From NCBI GenBank assembly GCA_947630305.1, contig CANRHC010000003.1, positions 1 to 52,705 of the forward strand: 52,705 nt of DNA, read 5' to 3'. Positions within the stretch are counted from its first letter, which is position 1. Every line of letters starts with the position of its first letter. A model generated the notes under the pieces. The model saw nothing but the letters and a program-made list of their open reading frames with translations. It was not told where the DNA came from and made no database searches. The position numbers were made by a program, and so were the translations under genes. This document shows positions 8,981 to 19,214 of the stretch, in pieces. Source of the DNA: an uncultured Bacilli bacterium (lineage in GTDB: Bacteria > Bacillota_I > Bacilli_A > RF39 > UBA660).

Positions 8981-10057
8981 TCAAGAAATAGTATTTTCTT
9001 CTAGAGTTCTACCAACCTGTTCATACCATTCTTCATAAGTCATATTTTCAGGAAATTCTACAGATTTACCATATTCATTCCTACCCGATCTAAAGCCTGG
9101 TTGATTATCCTGATTAATATAAGGTGCTTCAACACAGCGACAATTTGGATGCATTGGTATAGCATTAACACCAGGACGGCGTTCATCTAATCTAAATACT
9201 TTAGAATCTAATTTTCCACAGATAGAACAAACTTTAGTATTCAGTTCACTCAAGAACTGGTATCTTTCAACGCCTAATTGTCTGTAACAATCTGTTTGTG
9301 CTTTACCTTGAAAGAAAGCCGATTCAGTATAAATAACTCTCTTACATTCAGAAAGAGGACGTCCATAAATCTGTTGAAGCTCTCTAGTAGCTTTCTGATA
9401 GCCCGAACCCAACATGAACTGTTGTGATAGTAAATCAGTTAAATCACTAATAAAAGTAGTTTGATCTATCCATAAGTGCATAGAAAAAGTTAAACCATCT
9501 TTACTCCACGGTGAACGTATTACTGAATCTATTAAAGCCATATCAGGAATAGCAAAAGAAATATCCATATAACCAATACCTTTAAATATTTCAAAAGCGG
9601 TTCTACCGTATAATTCTTCATACATTTCACCTAAACCTTCATAGGTTACATTTTCAGCTATTCCATAGATAGAAGCTATTTCAGCTTTAAGTTCAGTTTC
9701 TAAAGCCGCAAGCCTTGTTATACGGTATTCTAAAGAAGCTCTTTCTAAATCTCTAGCTATATCAGCTGAATAGTGAACAGCATTTTCTTGTCCTAATCTA
9801 ATATATTCATCTAAAGACATTTTAAAATCTTTAAATTCAGCTTCAGATAAATATTTAGTAGCTTCAACCATTGTTATCTTATCGTTAACAGCATACCGTC
9901 TTATAAACCTATCTATCTTATTTTCTATACTAGCTCTAGCTCTATCAAACTGTTCTTCAACTACAGCTACATATTCATCAGCTTTCTTCTTCTTCACTTC
10001 TTCTAGAAGTCTGAAGCGTTGTTCCCAGTATTCCGCTTGATTGTTCTTGTCTACCAT
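8981..10057 (-). CDS. Minor head protein (SPP1 gp7/Mu gpF family)
   Basis: YWEQR start, RVIYTES, CSICGKLD, PMHPNCRC, MTYEEW. Confidence 0.9.
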   Translation of the reverse strand: MVDKNNQAEYWEQRFRLLEEVKKKKADEYVAVVEEQFDRARASIENKIDRFIRRYAVNDKITMVEATKYLSEAEFKDFKMSLDEYIRLGQENAVHYSADIARDLERASLEYRITRLAALETELKAEIASIYGIAENVTYEGLGEMYEELYGRTAFEIFKGIGYMDISFAIPDMALIDSVIRSPWSKDGLTFSMHLWIDQTTFISDLTDLLSQQFMLGSGYQKATRELQQIYGRPLSECKRVIYTESAFFQGKAQTDCYRQLGVERYQFLSELNTKVCSICGKLDSKVFRLDERRPGVNAIPMHPNCRCVEAPYINQDNQPGFRSGRNEYGKSVEFPENMTYEEWYEQVGRTLEENTIS

Positions 10058-11471
10058 TGTTATTAAAAGGATTCATGTTATCTATTAAATTCTGTTGAGC
10101 TTGAACTAAAGCTTCGTTTCTTCTTTCAAGCTTTTCTTTAGCTAATTTTTCAAGTTCATCATCTTCAGCCCACGGATGATTTTTAAGTAATGTATCTTGA
10201 GAAAGAATATTAACTGAATTAGCTACATTATTAATAAGTTCAGTATCATTATTTATTCTTGTTCTTTTCCAAGTTTGCTTAATTTCTTGTCCTCTAGGTA
10301 TTTCGTAATTTAAATATTTACAGATTGCTCTAACTAATCTATTAATACCTATTCTGAATTCATCTTCTAATTGACAAGCTTTTAATTCTAGAATGTTATA
10401 AGAATGTTTAATAGCTTCACCTGAAGCATTACCGATAGCTTCAGGAGAAGGATCTACTATACCGCCTAAATCTTGTATATCATCTTTATTAGTAGCCATA
10501 CTTAATTGTTTAGCGGCTATAGGCGGCTCAATGGAAAGTAACTTTAAATCTGATTTACCTGTTTCACCATCTAACGGATCACTAACCAAATTTACCAGTC
10601 TGTTCTTAGTTACATTATCCCAAAATTCTTTAGCGTCTTGTCCACCGTTATTACTAAGAACAAAAATTGTTTCATCACAATCCTGAATATCATCAGCTAA
10701 AGAACTTCTAGCTTCATCATAAGCGTCAATACTTTCTTTAACACCAACTAGATCACTTAAAGTCATTGAGTTATTTCTGAAGTAAATAAAAGGAACTTCT
10801 TCATAATCATGAACAATAAAGTTTTCTTCTTGGAATTCATTAGTATTAGCATTAAAAGAAATAGGCTGTAATTCTTCTTCTAGATCATTCAGTTCACCAG
10901 TAGCAGGGTATCTATAAAAAGAACATCTATCATCAGTCCATAATTCATATAGATTCCATCTTTGAGCTGTTTCAGGATCAATCCAGTTAGTAGCTCTTTT
11001 AATTGAATAGATTAGCTGTTCATCTAATAAACCGCCCCAACCAGCTATAACATCTTCAGAATGAGTTATAACACCGTATTTGAAGTTACCTTCTTCATCT
11101 ATCCAATATTGAATCCAGCCATCACCCCACATTGAAACTACATCACATAGTTTCTTAAGATTCTTCCCCCATTGTGAACCTAGGATTTCTTTTATTTGCT
11201 GGTTAATGTTTTCATCACCAACATCTATATCTACAGGAAAACCAAATATGTAAGAGCTTTTTTGCATTAACATATTCTTGAAGAAAGGGGAGGCTATTCT
11301 ATGATTAGCGGTTTTAAATATATCTGTTTTTCTACCGCCCCTTCTTTTTCTTAGAATATCGTTTTTACATTCAGCGTATCTTTCAGCTTTTCTACCCATC
11401 TTTACATATTTCTTATATGTAGTAGAGCTTTCAGCTTCATTAATTAATTTCTTAACTTGTTCTAATTCCAT
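9978..11471 (-). CDS. Portal protein (SPP1 family)
   Basis: VPFIYFRNN, SDL..VKESIDAYD, GNASGEAIK, LSQDTLL..HPW. Confidence 0.9.
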   Translation of the reverse strand: MELEQVKKLINEAESSTTYKKYVKMGRKAERYAECKNDILRKRRGGRKTDIFKTANHRIASPFFKNMLMQKSSYIFGFPVDIDVGDENINQQIKEILGSQWGKNLKKLCDVVSMWGDGWIQYWIDEEGNFKYGVITHSEDVIAGWGGLLDEQLIYSIKRATNWIDPETAQRWNLYELWTDDRCSFYRYPATGELNDLEEELQPISFNANTNEFQEENFIVHDYEEVPFIYFRNNSMTLSDLVGVKESIDAYDEARSSLADDIQDCDETIFVLSNNGGQDAKEFWDNVTKNRLVNLVSDPLDGETGKSDLKLLSIEPPIAAKQLSMATNKDDIQDLGGIVDPSPEAIGNASGEAIKHSYNILELKACQLEDEFRIGINRLVRAICKYLNYEIPRGQEIKQTWKRTRINNDTELINNVANSVNILSQDTLLKNHPWAEDDELEKLAKEKLERRNEALVQAQQNLIDNMNPFNNNGRQEQSSGILGTTLQTSRRSEEEES

Positions 11472-11482
11472 AATTATTAAAC

Positions 11483-13336
11483 CTATAAAGCATAAACCCC
11501 TGAACGTTTTCTTGTAAAGAAACGTTCTAAAGCGTATCTTAAAGCGGCTATACCGTCATCATCTATTGAAGGTAATAAACTAGTAATATTACCTTCTTTA
11601 TCTCTTTCATATTCATAGTTAATAGCTTGTTTATAAAACATTGGTGTCCTTTTAGGATCAACTACTATCTCTATTTGACTAGCAAGCCACTTAATACCAA
11701 ATTCAACTGAACCAGGTCCTTTTTTAGCTGGTAAAGCTCTTAGTTCTTGATCTTGTAAACTTCTAATACTTTTAGGTTCAGCACTATCACAAATAATAGG
11801 ATCTTTAGGTTTTATTCCATGTTTCTTTATTTCTTCAGCCAGCTTTTCATTAGGTAAATAAGATTTACATATTTCATCAAATACAATAACTCGCTGTTGT
11901 GCTACATCATATTGAGCCCTGATAAAGAAAGAAGGATGAACCCAACCAAAGTCCAGCCCATTAACGATATTATCAAAATGAGATATTTCTTCTTCAGTTA
12001 TTTCACGTGTTACTAAATTAGGTAATATATTACCGCCTGAACCATTAGCTTCACCTAAGTATTCATTCTTATAAGCTTCAGGATTAATTTCTTTTAAGTA
12101 TTCAGCTTCTTGAATAAAAGGTTCACCTAACCATTCTTTAGGAACGTCTAAGTAAGTAGAAAAGTAAACGTTCATACTTTCTTTAGGTTCCTGAACATAC
12201 AGATTAGCCCAATTGTTTTTAGATCGTGGGGGATTAAAAGATTTAAAAATAAAGAAGTCATCACCGCCACGAACTATAGATTGCTGAACTTTACGAACTG
12301 TTTCATCACCTCTTATTTGGTCTAATTCTTCGAACCATAAAATACCAACATAACCAAAAGTAGGTGTAAAACTCTTTACTGAAGTAGGATCTGAAAGTCC
12401 TGTAAAATATATTTTTTGTCCTGTAGATATTTTAGTTATCTCTAAAGGTTTAAAAGTATATTTATAATCTTGAGTTAAACCTAATTTATCAATAGCCCAT
12501 ATTAATTGATTAAATACTGTATCTCTTAAATCTTTATCAATTTGTCTACAAACTAAAGCGTGAAAGTCTTTATTCTGTTCTATCAGATTAATTATTTCTA
12601 AAGAAATAAAACTAGATTTAGTAGAACCACGCCCACCAGGTAATACAAATTCTCTATAGTTTCTTGATCTAACATCAAAATGTAACTTAGTAAATACTGG
12701 TGCTATTACATCAATAGGTAAACCTCTATAGTTTAAGTTACTTTTACCTTCTTCTAAATCTTTTTGTCTTTTTAACTCGAACGCTTTTAATTCATTATCT
12801 AGCTGTATCTGTTTTCTACGTTCATTAATTAAACTTAAATTTTCATAGTCTGAAACCATACCAGCTAAAGTACGACTTGAAAGAGCTTCAGCATTTAAAA
12901 TAACAGGATCATTAGGATCTAACTTACTTTGAGCTTGAATATAATTAGCAAAATGAATATCAATATTATTTGATAGATTTTCTATTTTATTCTGTTCTTG
13001 AACTATTTCTAAAATCTCATTAGTTTTAGGATTTAAAAACTTAGAATAAAGCCCATGTTTTAAAGCTCTTTTATTACCTGATTCAGCTGGTATTAAATTT
13101 TCTAAACTATTAGGACTTGAACCTATTTTTGAAACTTTTGAACCTTTACTTCTAGTTTTCTTTTTTGAACCTCTAGAAGTTTCAGTTTCATTTTTAATCC
13201 AATTATCTCTTCTTTTCCATGTTTTAAGTGTATTTAGCTTTACACCTAATTCTTCAGAAATATCTTTAAGGCTAAAGCCGTCCTGCTCAAAAAGCCGTCT
13301 AGCTTCAACCTTTTGAGCGTTAACTTTTTTAGCCAT
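11483..13336 (-). CDS. Terminase: small-subunit-like N-terminus fused to PBSX-family large subunit
   Basis: N-terminal HTH (ISEELGVKLNTLKTWKRRDNW) and GNKRALKHGLY; Walker A GGRGSTKSS, WFEE, SFNPP, GLDFGW, CDSAEPK. Confidence 0.9.
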   Translation of the reverse strand: MAKKVNAQKVEARRLFEQDGFSLKDISEELGVKLNTLKTWKRRDNWIKNETETSRGSKKKTRSKGSKVSKIGSSPNSLENLIPAESGNKRALKHGLYSKFLNPKTNEILEIVQEQNKIENLSNNIDIHFANYIQAQSKLDPNDPVILNAEALSSRTLAGMVSDYENLSLINERRKQIQLDNELKAFELKRQKDLEEGKSNLNYRGLPIDVIAPVFTKLHFDVRSRNYREFVLPGGRGSTKSSFISLEIINLIEQNKDFHALVCRQIDKDLRDTVFNQLIWAIDKLGLTQDYKYTFKPLEITKISTGQKIYFTGLSDPTSVKSFTPTFGYVGILWFEELDQIRGDETVRKVQQSIVRGGDDFFIFKSFNPPRSKNNWANLYVQEPKESMNVYFSTYLDVPKEWLGEPFIQEAEYLKEINPEAYKNEYLGEANGSGGNILPNLVTREITEEEISHFDNIVNGLDFGWVHPSFFIRAQYDVAQQRVIVFDEICKSYLPNEKLAEEIKKHGIKPKDPIICDSAEPKSIRSLQDQELRALPAKKGPGSVEFGIKWLASQIEIVVDPKRTPMFYKQAINYEYERDKEGNITSLLPSIDDDGIAALRYALERFFTRKRSGVYAL

Positions 13337-13340
13337 TAAC

Positions 13341-14198
13341 TTACCTCTTAATAAAAGCCATTACGTCTTTTCTATTTCTATTAGCTGTAGTACGGAGATT
13401 ACCTGTAAATTGAATAGTATAATTTAAACCTTGTAACCATTCTTCTACTTGTTCCTGATTGTGATTAAAAAAGATAAAATCACAATTCAGTTCTACAGCT
13501 TTATTAATTAGTTGTATTGTTTCTTCTTCAGTAAATTGTCCTTTATACTGTTTCTGATAAGTACCAATATAAGGCGGATCTAAAATTAATATATTTCTTG
13601 AACTTCTAATAGCTACTTCATATTTATTTAAAAAGTCTAACCAGTCTAAATTTTCTAACTGAATTTGTTCTAGAACTCTTAAATAATTACGCTGTTTATC
13701 AGTTGCTAAATATCTATCAAATTTTATAAAATCCTGAAGTTCTATTTTCTTACTACAACCTCTAGCTGAAAAAGTAAAATTACTACCAAAAGAAAAATAC
13801 CGCCAATATTTTTCAGGAACATATTCTGAAATAATATCTTGAAGTATCTTTTTATGTTCATCACTTAATATAGCTGATTCAGCTGGTTTTTTCGTTCCGT
13901 CTAATTCAAATTGAATAACCCCATACTTCTTGTTATAAGTAGTTCTTCTTAAACCTCTTTTTAAGCCTTCTTGAACTACTTTATCCTTTAAGTCTAAGTA
14001 TTCAGGATATAAATCGAAAAAGCGGTCATAATCATTTACAACCGCTTTCTTAACTAGTTTATCGTTAAACAAATTTACTGAAAGTACACAGGAACCGCCA
14101 AAAGGTTCAAACACTCCTTCATAACTGCCAGCCTGAACAATCTCTTTAACTTGTTTATAGCTGTATCGTTTACTACCAGGAAAAGGTATAGATAGCAT
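13341..14198 (-). CDS. DNA N6-adenine methyltransferase (Dam/D12 class), orphan
   Basis: PFPGSK, EPFGGS (motif I), VND, LDPPY (motif IV). Confidence 0.85.
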   Translation of the reverse strand: MLSIPFPGSKRYSYKQVKEIVQAGSYEGVFEPFGGSCVLSVNLFNDKLVKKAVVNDYDRFFDLYPEYLDLKDKVVQEGLKRGLRRTTYNKKYGVIQFELDGTKKPAESAILSDEHKKILQDIISEYVPEKYWRYFSFGSNFTFSARGCSKKIELQDFIKFDRYLATDKQRNYLRVLEQIQLENLDWLDFLNKYEVAIRSSRNILILDPPYIGTYQKQYKGQFTEEETIQLINKAVELNCDFIFFNHNQEQVEEWLQGLNYTIQFTGNLRTTANRNRKDVMAFIKR

Positions 14199-14323
14199 AA
14201 AATTCCTAACCAGTAAAACGATAAATTTCAACACACAAAAAAGATTCAGCACTTAAAAAGCCATACGTTTTTTTCAGGGGGAATAAGCTTTTTTATGTGC
14301 TGAAGTTTACCGTTTTGAGAAAT

Positions 14324-14349
14324 AAAAAAACCGCCCGTTTAAAGGCGGT
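14324..14349 (-). terminator. Intrinsic terminator
   Basis: ACCGCC/GGCGGT stem, then a T tract on the minus strand. Confidence 0.65.
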
Positions 14350-14465
14350 AAGATAATTTAATAAGAAAAACCCCTCAATAAAATTTATTACTTATAATAA
14401 ATTCCCCAAATATATTATAAGTGTTATTACAAGGACTTTTCTTATCTATTTTGGGCGGTTTAGAA

Positions 14466-14900
14466 CTATTTAGAACTATTTTGTTCTATCTTTAATTGTG
14501 ATATAGCTTTATCATGTAAATTTCTAGTATGAGTTTTACTGTAATTTAAAGTGCTCTGAATTTCTTTCCAACTGAATCCTTCTACATATCTTAAAGTTAG
14601 AACTCTAACCCCTAAACTACTATCAATATCTTCAATAGCTGTTGTAATTTCTTTTCTTATATTTTTAGCTGAAGCTGTAGCTTGAGTTGCTTCTTCAATC
14701 AGTTCTAAATGTTTAACAATACTCTTCTCATTATTATTACTAAAGCCAGGACTTTTTGGCATACCGTCTAACACTTTACAAGAAGGCGTATAAATTGAAC
14801 TTTGCCATTCTTCAGCTTGTCGCCATAAACTTTCAGCCTTAAACATAGCTTCACGGTATCGCCATAACCATTTTTTCTTAATTTCTAACTCCATGTTCAC
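14466..14900 (-). CDS. Late transcriptional activator (RinA/ArpU-like)
   Basis: KKWLWRY, DGMPKS, VLTLRYVEGFSWKEI..LNYS...H..AI; last gene before the packaging block. Confidence 0.8.
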   Translation of the reverse strand: MNMELEIKKKWLWRYREAMFKAESLWRQAEEWQSSIYTPSCKVLDGMPKSPGFSNNNEKSIVKHLELIEEATQATASAKNIRKEITTAIEDIDSSLGVRVLTLRYVEGFSWKEIQSTLNYSKTHTRNLHDKAISQLKIEQNSSK

Positions 14901-15135
14901 CTTCTAATGATTTTAGTAAAGTGTTAAGGTCTTTATTATAAGTTTCACTAAAATAGAGGGATTGAACATTATTTTGTTTTCTTCTTTTTATTTCAGCTAT
15001 TATTAGTTTTTCTTGAGTTTTTATTTTCTTGAGGGTAAATTTTCTATACTCATAAACTACTGAAAGTAATAAGCCTATACCACAAAATAGTGATATACCA
15101 CTTATAAAAAGTATAATTAAATCTAGGGTAAACAT
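14878..15135 (-). CDS. Small membrane protein
   Basis: Hydrophobic N-terminal helix. Confidence 0.55.
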   Translation of the reverse strand: MFTLDLIILFISGISLFCGIGLLLSVVYEYRKFTLKKIKTQEKLIIAEIKRRKQNNVQSLYFSETYNKDLNTLLKSLEGEHGVRN

Positions 15136-15137
15136 TT

Positions 15138-15650
15138 TTAAATCTCTTTCTTTAACCAGTTAACATTAACCACTAACTTATCTAAATCTTTTTCAGGATT
15201 CTCTTTATATTTATATCTCATTAAATATTTAATAATGTTGTAAATACAAGCTGATTCCCAGCTAGATAAATCTGAACCGTAAAACTGATAAATAGCACTA
15301 ATAATATCTTTTGCTTCAATACCATTACGGTTATAATAATTCTGTTTTTCTACTTCATTTACTGGTTCTTCGTTTCTTCTTTCAAGCTTTTCCCTAATTA
15401 ATTTTTCAATTTGGATTTCTTCAGCAAAATCTTTATAAGAATATCTATTCCAGTTATTTAAATCATCTAAAGTTTTAAATTCTTCTTCTTCTTTTTCTTT
15501 ATCGTACAATTTTTCCGCCTCGTACAATTTTTCCGCTCTATCTAATAGAATATTTTTACCTTCTATTATTTCTTTAATTTCTTCATCATGATTTATATCA
15601 TGATCTAAATCCCTACAGCGTTTAGCTTCTTCATATTCAGCCCAAGTCAT
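15138..15650 (-). CDS. DUF3310/SaV-like protein
   Basis: YY...GIEAKDII...NIIKYLMRYKYK...KDLDK motif. Confidence 0.75.
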   Translation of the reverse strand: MTWAEYEEAKRCRDLDHDINHDEEIKEIIEGKNILLDRAEKLYEAEKLYDKEKEEEEFKTLDDLNNWNRYSYKDFAEEIQIEKLIREKLERRNEEPVNEVEKQNYYNRNGIEAKDIISAIYQFYGSDLSSWESACIYNIIKYLMRYKYKENPEKDLDKLVVNVNWLKKEI

Positions 15651-15862
15651 TATTTAACCTCTTTTTGAAAGTTAACTTTCAATAATTGTTCTTTTTCTTC
15701 AGGTGTAAAGTTACAAACTTCTACATAAACAGGTGTTAAATAAACAGGATTACCAACTCGGCCTAACCATTTATTAGCCTGATTAATTGAAGTAAAATTC
15801 ATAGGAATTCTAAACTTATCTGTTACTAACCGTTTTAATGTTGTATTTCTTATAACTATCAT
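15650..15862 (-). CDS. Hypothetical protein
   Basis: Translationally coupled ORF. Confidence 0.55.
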   Translation of the reverse strand: MIVIRNTTLKRLVTDKFRIPMNFTSINQANKWLGRVGNPVYLTPVYVEVCNFTPEEKEQLLKVNFQKEVK

Positions 15863-16248
15863 TATTCCGAATATTCTTTTAATTCTTCAAATAAATCTAT
15901 TAACTGATTCATTAATTCTTTTCCTGATTTATCTAATATTCTAAAAGAGAATTCTATATAACCTTCAGCTTCTTCAGTCCAGCTTTCAAGAATAATACTT
16001 TTTAAAGCTTCAATATCTTTTTTTGTTAATTCAGTAAAGATAGTTACTTTACTTTTATCTGTATTTTCAACTTCTTCAATAAGCTGATTAATTGCTGTTT
16101 TTATTTCATTCTTTAACAGTTGAATTCTTACTAAATCATCAGGTGTTGTTTTATCCTGATTAATCAGTTTTCTAAATTCAGTAATAATAGTTTCAATATC
16201 ATTAGCGGATTTATTAAACCGCTGGTTATAAATTATGTTATTTTGCAT
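15862..16248 (-). CDS. Hypothetical protein
   Basis: Coupled ORF. Confidence 0.55.
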   Translation of the reverse strand: MQNNIIYNQRFNKSANDIETIITEFRKLINQDKTTPDDLVRIQLLKNEIKTAINQLIEEVENTDKSKVTIFTELTKKDIEALKSIILESWTEEAEGYIEFSFRILDKSGKELMNQLIDLFEELKEYSE

Positions 16249-16600
16249 TAGCTTTTCTTATTTCTTCTAATTTATCTAAGAAAACATCTTTATCAGCTCC
16301 TAAAACTTCAGCAAGTTTTAAAACAGTTTTCTTCTTAGGTATCACGTACTTATTTTCAATATTATAAATAGTTGAACGACTTACACTAGCCAAGCATGCC
16401 AGTTTAGCCATACTAAAGCCCTTTTCTTGTCTATAGTCCTGAACTAAATCCCATAAAGTAGGTTCAAGTTCAAGAACATCACCACATTTAGGACAAACTA
16501 GTTTGTATTTGCTTTCACGAACGTATTCAGTCCAATCAGTACAGTTGAAACAGAATATTCCTGAACCTCTATAAATATGAATTCTGTCATTTAACCACAT
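16238..16600 (-). CDS. Zn-ribbon + XRE HTH regulator
   Basis: CFNC...CPKC followed by RQEKGFSMAKLA...SRSTIYNIEN. Confidence 0.75.
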   Translation of the reverse strand: MWLNDRIHIYRGSGIFCFNCTDWTEYVRESKYKLVCPKCGDVLELEPTLWDLVQDYRQEKGFSMAKLACLASVSRSTIYNIENKYVIPKKKTVLKLAEVLGADKDVFLDKLEEIRKANAK

Positions 16601-16778
16601 TTTTTTGATCCTCTATTTGTTGCCAAATTTCTGAATAGTGTTTTCTAACACCTAAACTTTGATCTAGCTGGTTATTCTTTTCATAAAACTTAATTAAAGT
16701 CGAATAACCAACTTCTAACATAAATCTAAAGCGGTTAAATTTTTCTTCAGAATCAAACTCTAATATTATCTTCTTCAT
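16587..16778 (-). CDS. Hypothetical protein
   Basis: Packed ORF. Confidence 0.5.
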   Translation of the reverse strand: MKKIILEFDSEEKFNRFRFMLEVGYSTLIKFYEKNNQLDQSLGVRKHYSEIWQQIEDQKNVVK

Positions 16779-16781
16779 CTT

Positions 16782-17036
16782 CTAATCTATCCTATCACCA
16801 TAGCCTTCAAGAACGCCTGTAATTATAAGATCATCAGTTAAATTACCGTTTTCATCAGGTATATGTTTAACCCACTCACATCGCAAAACTTGAAACCATT
16901 TTTCACCATTTACTGAATAATAAATAGTTACTAAATAATCTTTTTCTTTATTTAAAGGTTTTCCCCATTTTGGTACAGCTTGAATATCAACGCTTTCAAC
17001 GTTTTTCCATTCACAGCCTTCTATAAAAACTTTCAT
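16782..17036 (-). CDS. Hypothetical protein
   Basis: Packed ORF. Confidence 0.55.
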   Translation of the reverse strand: MKVFIEGCEWKNVESVDIQAVPKWGKPLNKEKDYLVTIYYSVNGEKWFQVLRCEWVKHIPDENGNLTDDLIITGVLEGYGDRID

Positions 17037-17050
17037 TATTCTCTCTAAAT

Positions 17051-17275
17051 CTATGGTTGAAAAATTATTTTACTATCGTTAGAAATTTCTGAAGATTCCC
17101 ATTCTTCTTTTTCATTCATAAAATCAATAGTAAGTCTAACTCCGTTTACAATTCTGCCATCCCTGGTTATACCATCATTAATTATCATAGTTTTATAATT
17201 AGCTATTTGATAGCCTTCTTTATTAAGAAGTTTTATATCTTCAATTATTTCTTTCAGTTCACTATTACTTAGCAT
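17051..17275 (-). CDS. Hypothetical protein
   Basis: Overlaps the end of the SNF2 gene. Confidence 0.5.
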   Translation of the reverse strand: MLSNSELKEIIEDIKLLNKEGYQIANYKTMIINDGITRDGRIVNGVRLTIDFMNEKEEWESSEISNDSKIIFQP

Positions 17276-18632
17276 TTTCTTTTAATTCTTTTAATTTAGC
17301 TTCTAAAGCTTTCAGTAAAGAAGCCTGTTCTTTATCTTTACCTTCTAGAACATTCATAACATGATTATCAATTGTATTTTCAGCTATAATATGTTGAATT
17401 ATCACAGGTTCTTTTTGGCCTTGTCTGAATAATCTAGCATTAGCTTGTTGGTATTGTTCTAAATTCCAAGTAGGAGATATCCAAACTATAATGTGTCCGC
17501 CAGCCTGAAGGTTTAAACCATAACCGCTTGAAGCAGGATGAGCTAGTAAAAGTTTTATTCTTTTATCATTCCATGCTACAGCTGTTGCTTCATCTTTTAG
17601 TTCTACAGCTTCTTTAAATTCTTCTAAAATTCTTTCTTTTTCATGCTTGAAGCTGTAAAATACTAAAACTGGTTCATTACCAGCCGCTTCAATTATTTCT
17701 TTTAAAGCTTCAAGTTTACTATCATGAAGAACGTGATATTCACCAGTTTCATCATAAACACAGCCTGAAGCTATTTGTAAAAGTTTATTAGTAACAGCAG
17801 CGGCATTAACTGCGGTAATTTCACCTTCAGGGAGTTCTAATAACATATCCTTTTCCATATCCTGATATTGTTTTAGAACTTTATCATCTAACTTAATTAC
17901 AGTTTTCATATCAACTCTATCAGGTAAAGTTACATAATCACTAGAATCAATAGAAACACAAATATCTTTAATACTGTTTCTGATTCTTTTTTCAGCACCT
18001 TTTTTAAGTTTATAAGTGAAAACTGTATAAGCATTTCTTTTATCAGGTGTAAAATAGTTATTTCTGTAAGAAGTAACTGTTTTACCTAATCTCTTACCTT
18101 GATCTAAAAGGTATAACTGCGCCCATAAATCTATTAAACCGTTAGAAGCTGGTGTACCAGTTAAACCGTATAATCTGTTAATATGCGGTAATACCTGTTT
18201 TAACTTCTTAAAGCGTTTAGCTGAATGATTTTTAAAACTTGAAAGTTCATCTATTACAATACAATCCCATTTCCAGTTACTTTTAAAATTGTCTACTAAC
18301 CAACTTACATTTTCACGGTTGATTATATAAATATCAGCTTCAGCTTCTACAGCTTTCTTTCTCTTAGTTTGATTACCAAGAATTTTAGAAAACTTAAGGC
18401 TTTTTAAATGTTCCCATTTTAAAGCTTCAGCGGTCCAAGTAGTTTCAGCTACTTTTTTAGGTGCAATTACTAAAACTCTATTTACAGCATGCTTATAAAA
18501 GATCAATTCATTTAAAGCTGTAAGAGTAATTACAGTTTTACCTAAACCCATGTTTAGAAATAAACCTAAATGATCTTCATTGATAATTCTGTTAATACAA
18601 TATTTTTGATAAGGATGAGGTTTAAAAATCAT
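17265..18632 (-). CDS. SNF2-family helicase
   Basis: MGLGKT, IDELS, LTGTP, GLNLQ, QANARLFRQGQ; start at MIFKPHPYQ. Confidence 0.92.
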   Translation of the reverse strand: MIFKPHPYQKYCINRIINEDHLGLFLNMGLGKTVITLTALNELIFYKHAVNRVLVIAPKKVAETTWTAEALKWEHLKSLKFSKILGNQTKRKKAVEAEADIYIINRENVSWLVDNFKSNWKWDCIVIDELSSFKNHSAKRFKKLKQVLPHINRLYGLTGTPASNGLIDLWAQLYLLDQGKRLGKTVTSYRNNYFTPDKRNAYTVFTYKLKKGAEKRIRNSIKDICVSIDSSDYVTLPDRVDMKTVIKLDDKVLKQYQDMEKDMLLELPEGEITAVNAAAVTNKLLQIASGCVYDETGEYHVLHDSKLEALKEIIEAAGNEPVLVFYSFKHEKERILEEFKEAVELKDEATAVAWNDKRIKLLLAHPASSGYGLNLQAGGHIIVWISPTWNLEQYQQANARLFRQGQKEPVIIQHIIAENTIDNHVMNVLEGKDKEQASLLKALEAKLKELKENAK

Positions 18633-18639
18633 AAGAATT

Positions 18640-18819
18640 TTACAAATACTCAATTTTTAAATACTCAATAATATAATCCATTTCTTTAATATGATTTTTT
18701 AATATTTTTATTGTTTTAGGTTCTACATTCAATTGATAAGCTTGTTTTAATGTATTTATAGTTATTTTTCTAAAATCATTTAAAAACTGAATTATTTCAA
18801 TTACAATTTGAACATTCAT
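18640..18819 (-). CDS. Possible 59-aa hypothetical protein
   Basis: ORF read by hand (MNVQIVIEII...) that fills the gap; extremely AT-rich. Confidence 0.35.
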   Translation of the reverse strand: MNVQIVIEIIQFLNDFRKITINTLKQAYQLNVEPKTIKILKNHIKEMDYIIEYLKIEYL

Positions 18820-19021
18820 CTTCTTTAACCTCTAAAATTGTTTGGCTTATATCACGAACATTATCCATTAAAGCAAAATAAAATTTTTCAGCTTCTTCTT
18901 TTTCTTTATCATTATCATCAATATTCCTTAATAAACTTTTTGCAATTTTAGCAGCTTGTTTTTTCTCTTTTCTTAAATGGTTTAAATAAAAAATAACTTT
19001 ATCTTTTAATTCTTCAGTCAT
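18797..19021 (-). CDS. Hypothetical protein
   Basis: ORF. Confidence 0.5.
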   Translation of the reverse strand: MTEELKDKVIFYLNHLRKEKKQAAKIAKSLLRNIDDNDKEKEEAEKFYFALMDNVRDISQTILEVKEDECSNCN

Positions 19022-19028
19022 TTTTTCA

Positions 19029-19214
19029 CTATTTTTTCTTTTCTAGTTTTAAAATTTGTTTACTAACTTCTTCTAAACTATCAATTAAAGAAGCCCATTC
19101 ATCTAAAGAGTCTGAATCATCTAAATCATGAAAAAGGGGATAAATTCTAGTAACAGCTTGTAATTCTCTTCTTTTTTTCTTTAATTCTTTAAGTGATAAT
19201 TCTTCTTTATTCAT
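19029..19214 (-). CDS. Hypothetical protein
   Basis: ATGA-coupled ORF. Confidence 0.5.
   Translation of the reverse strand: MNKEELSLKELKKKRRELQAVTRIYPLFHDLDDSDSLDEWASLIDSLEEVSKQILKLEKKK

Noticed and set aside
15502-15536. 18-bp-period tandem duplication (AEKLYE/AEKLYD)
   Set aside because: In-frame local duplication with no sign of function.
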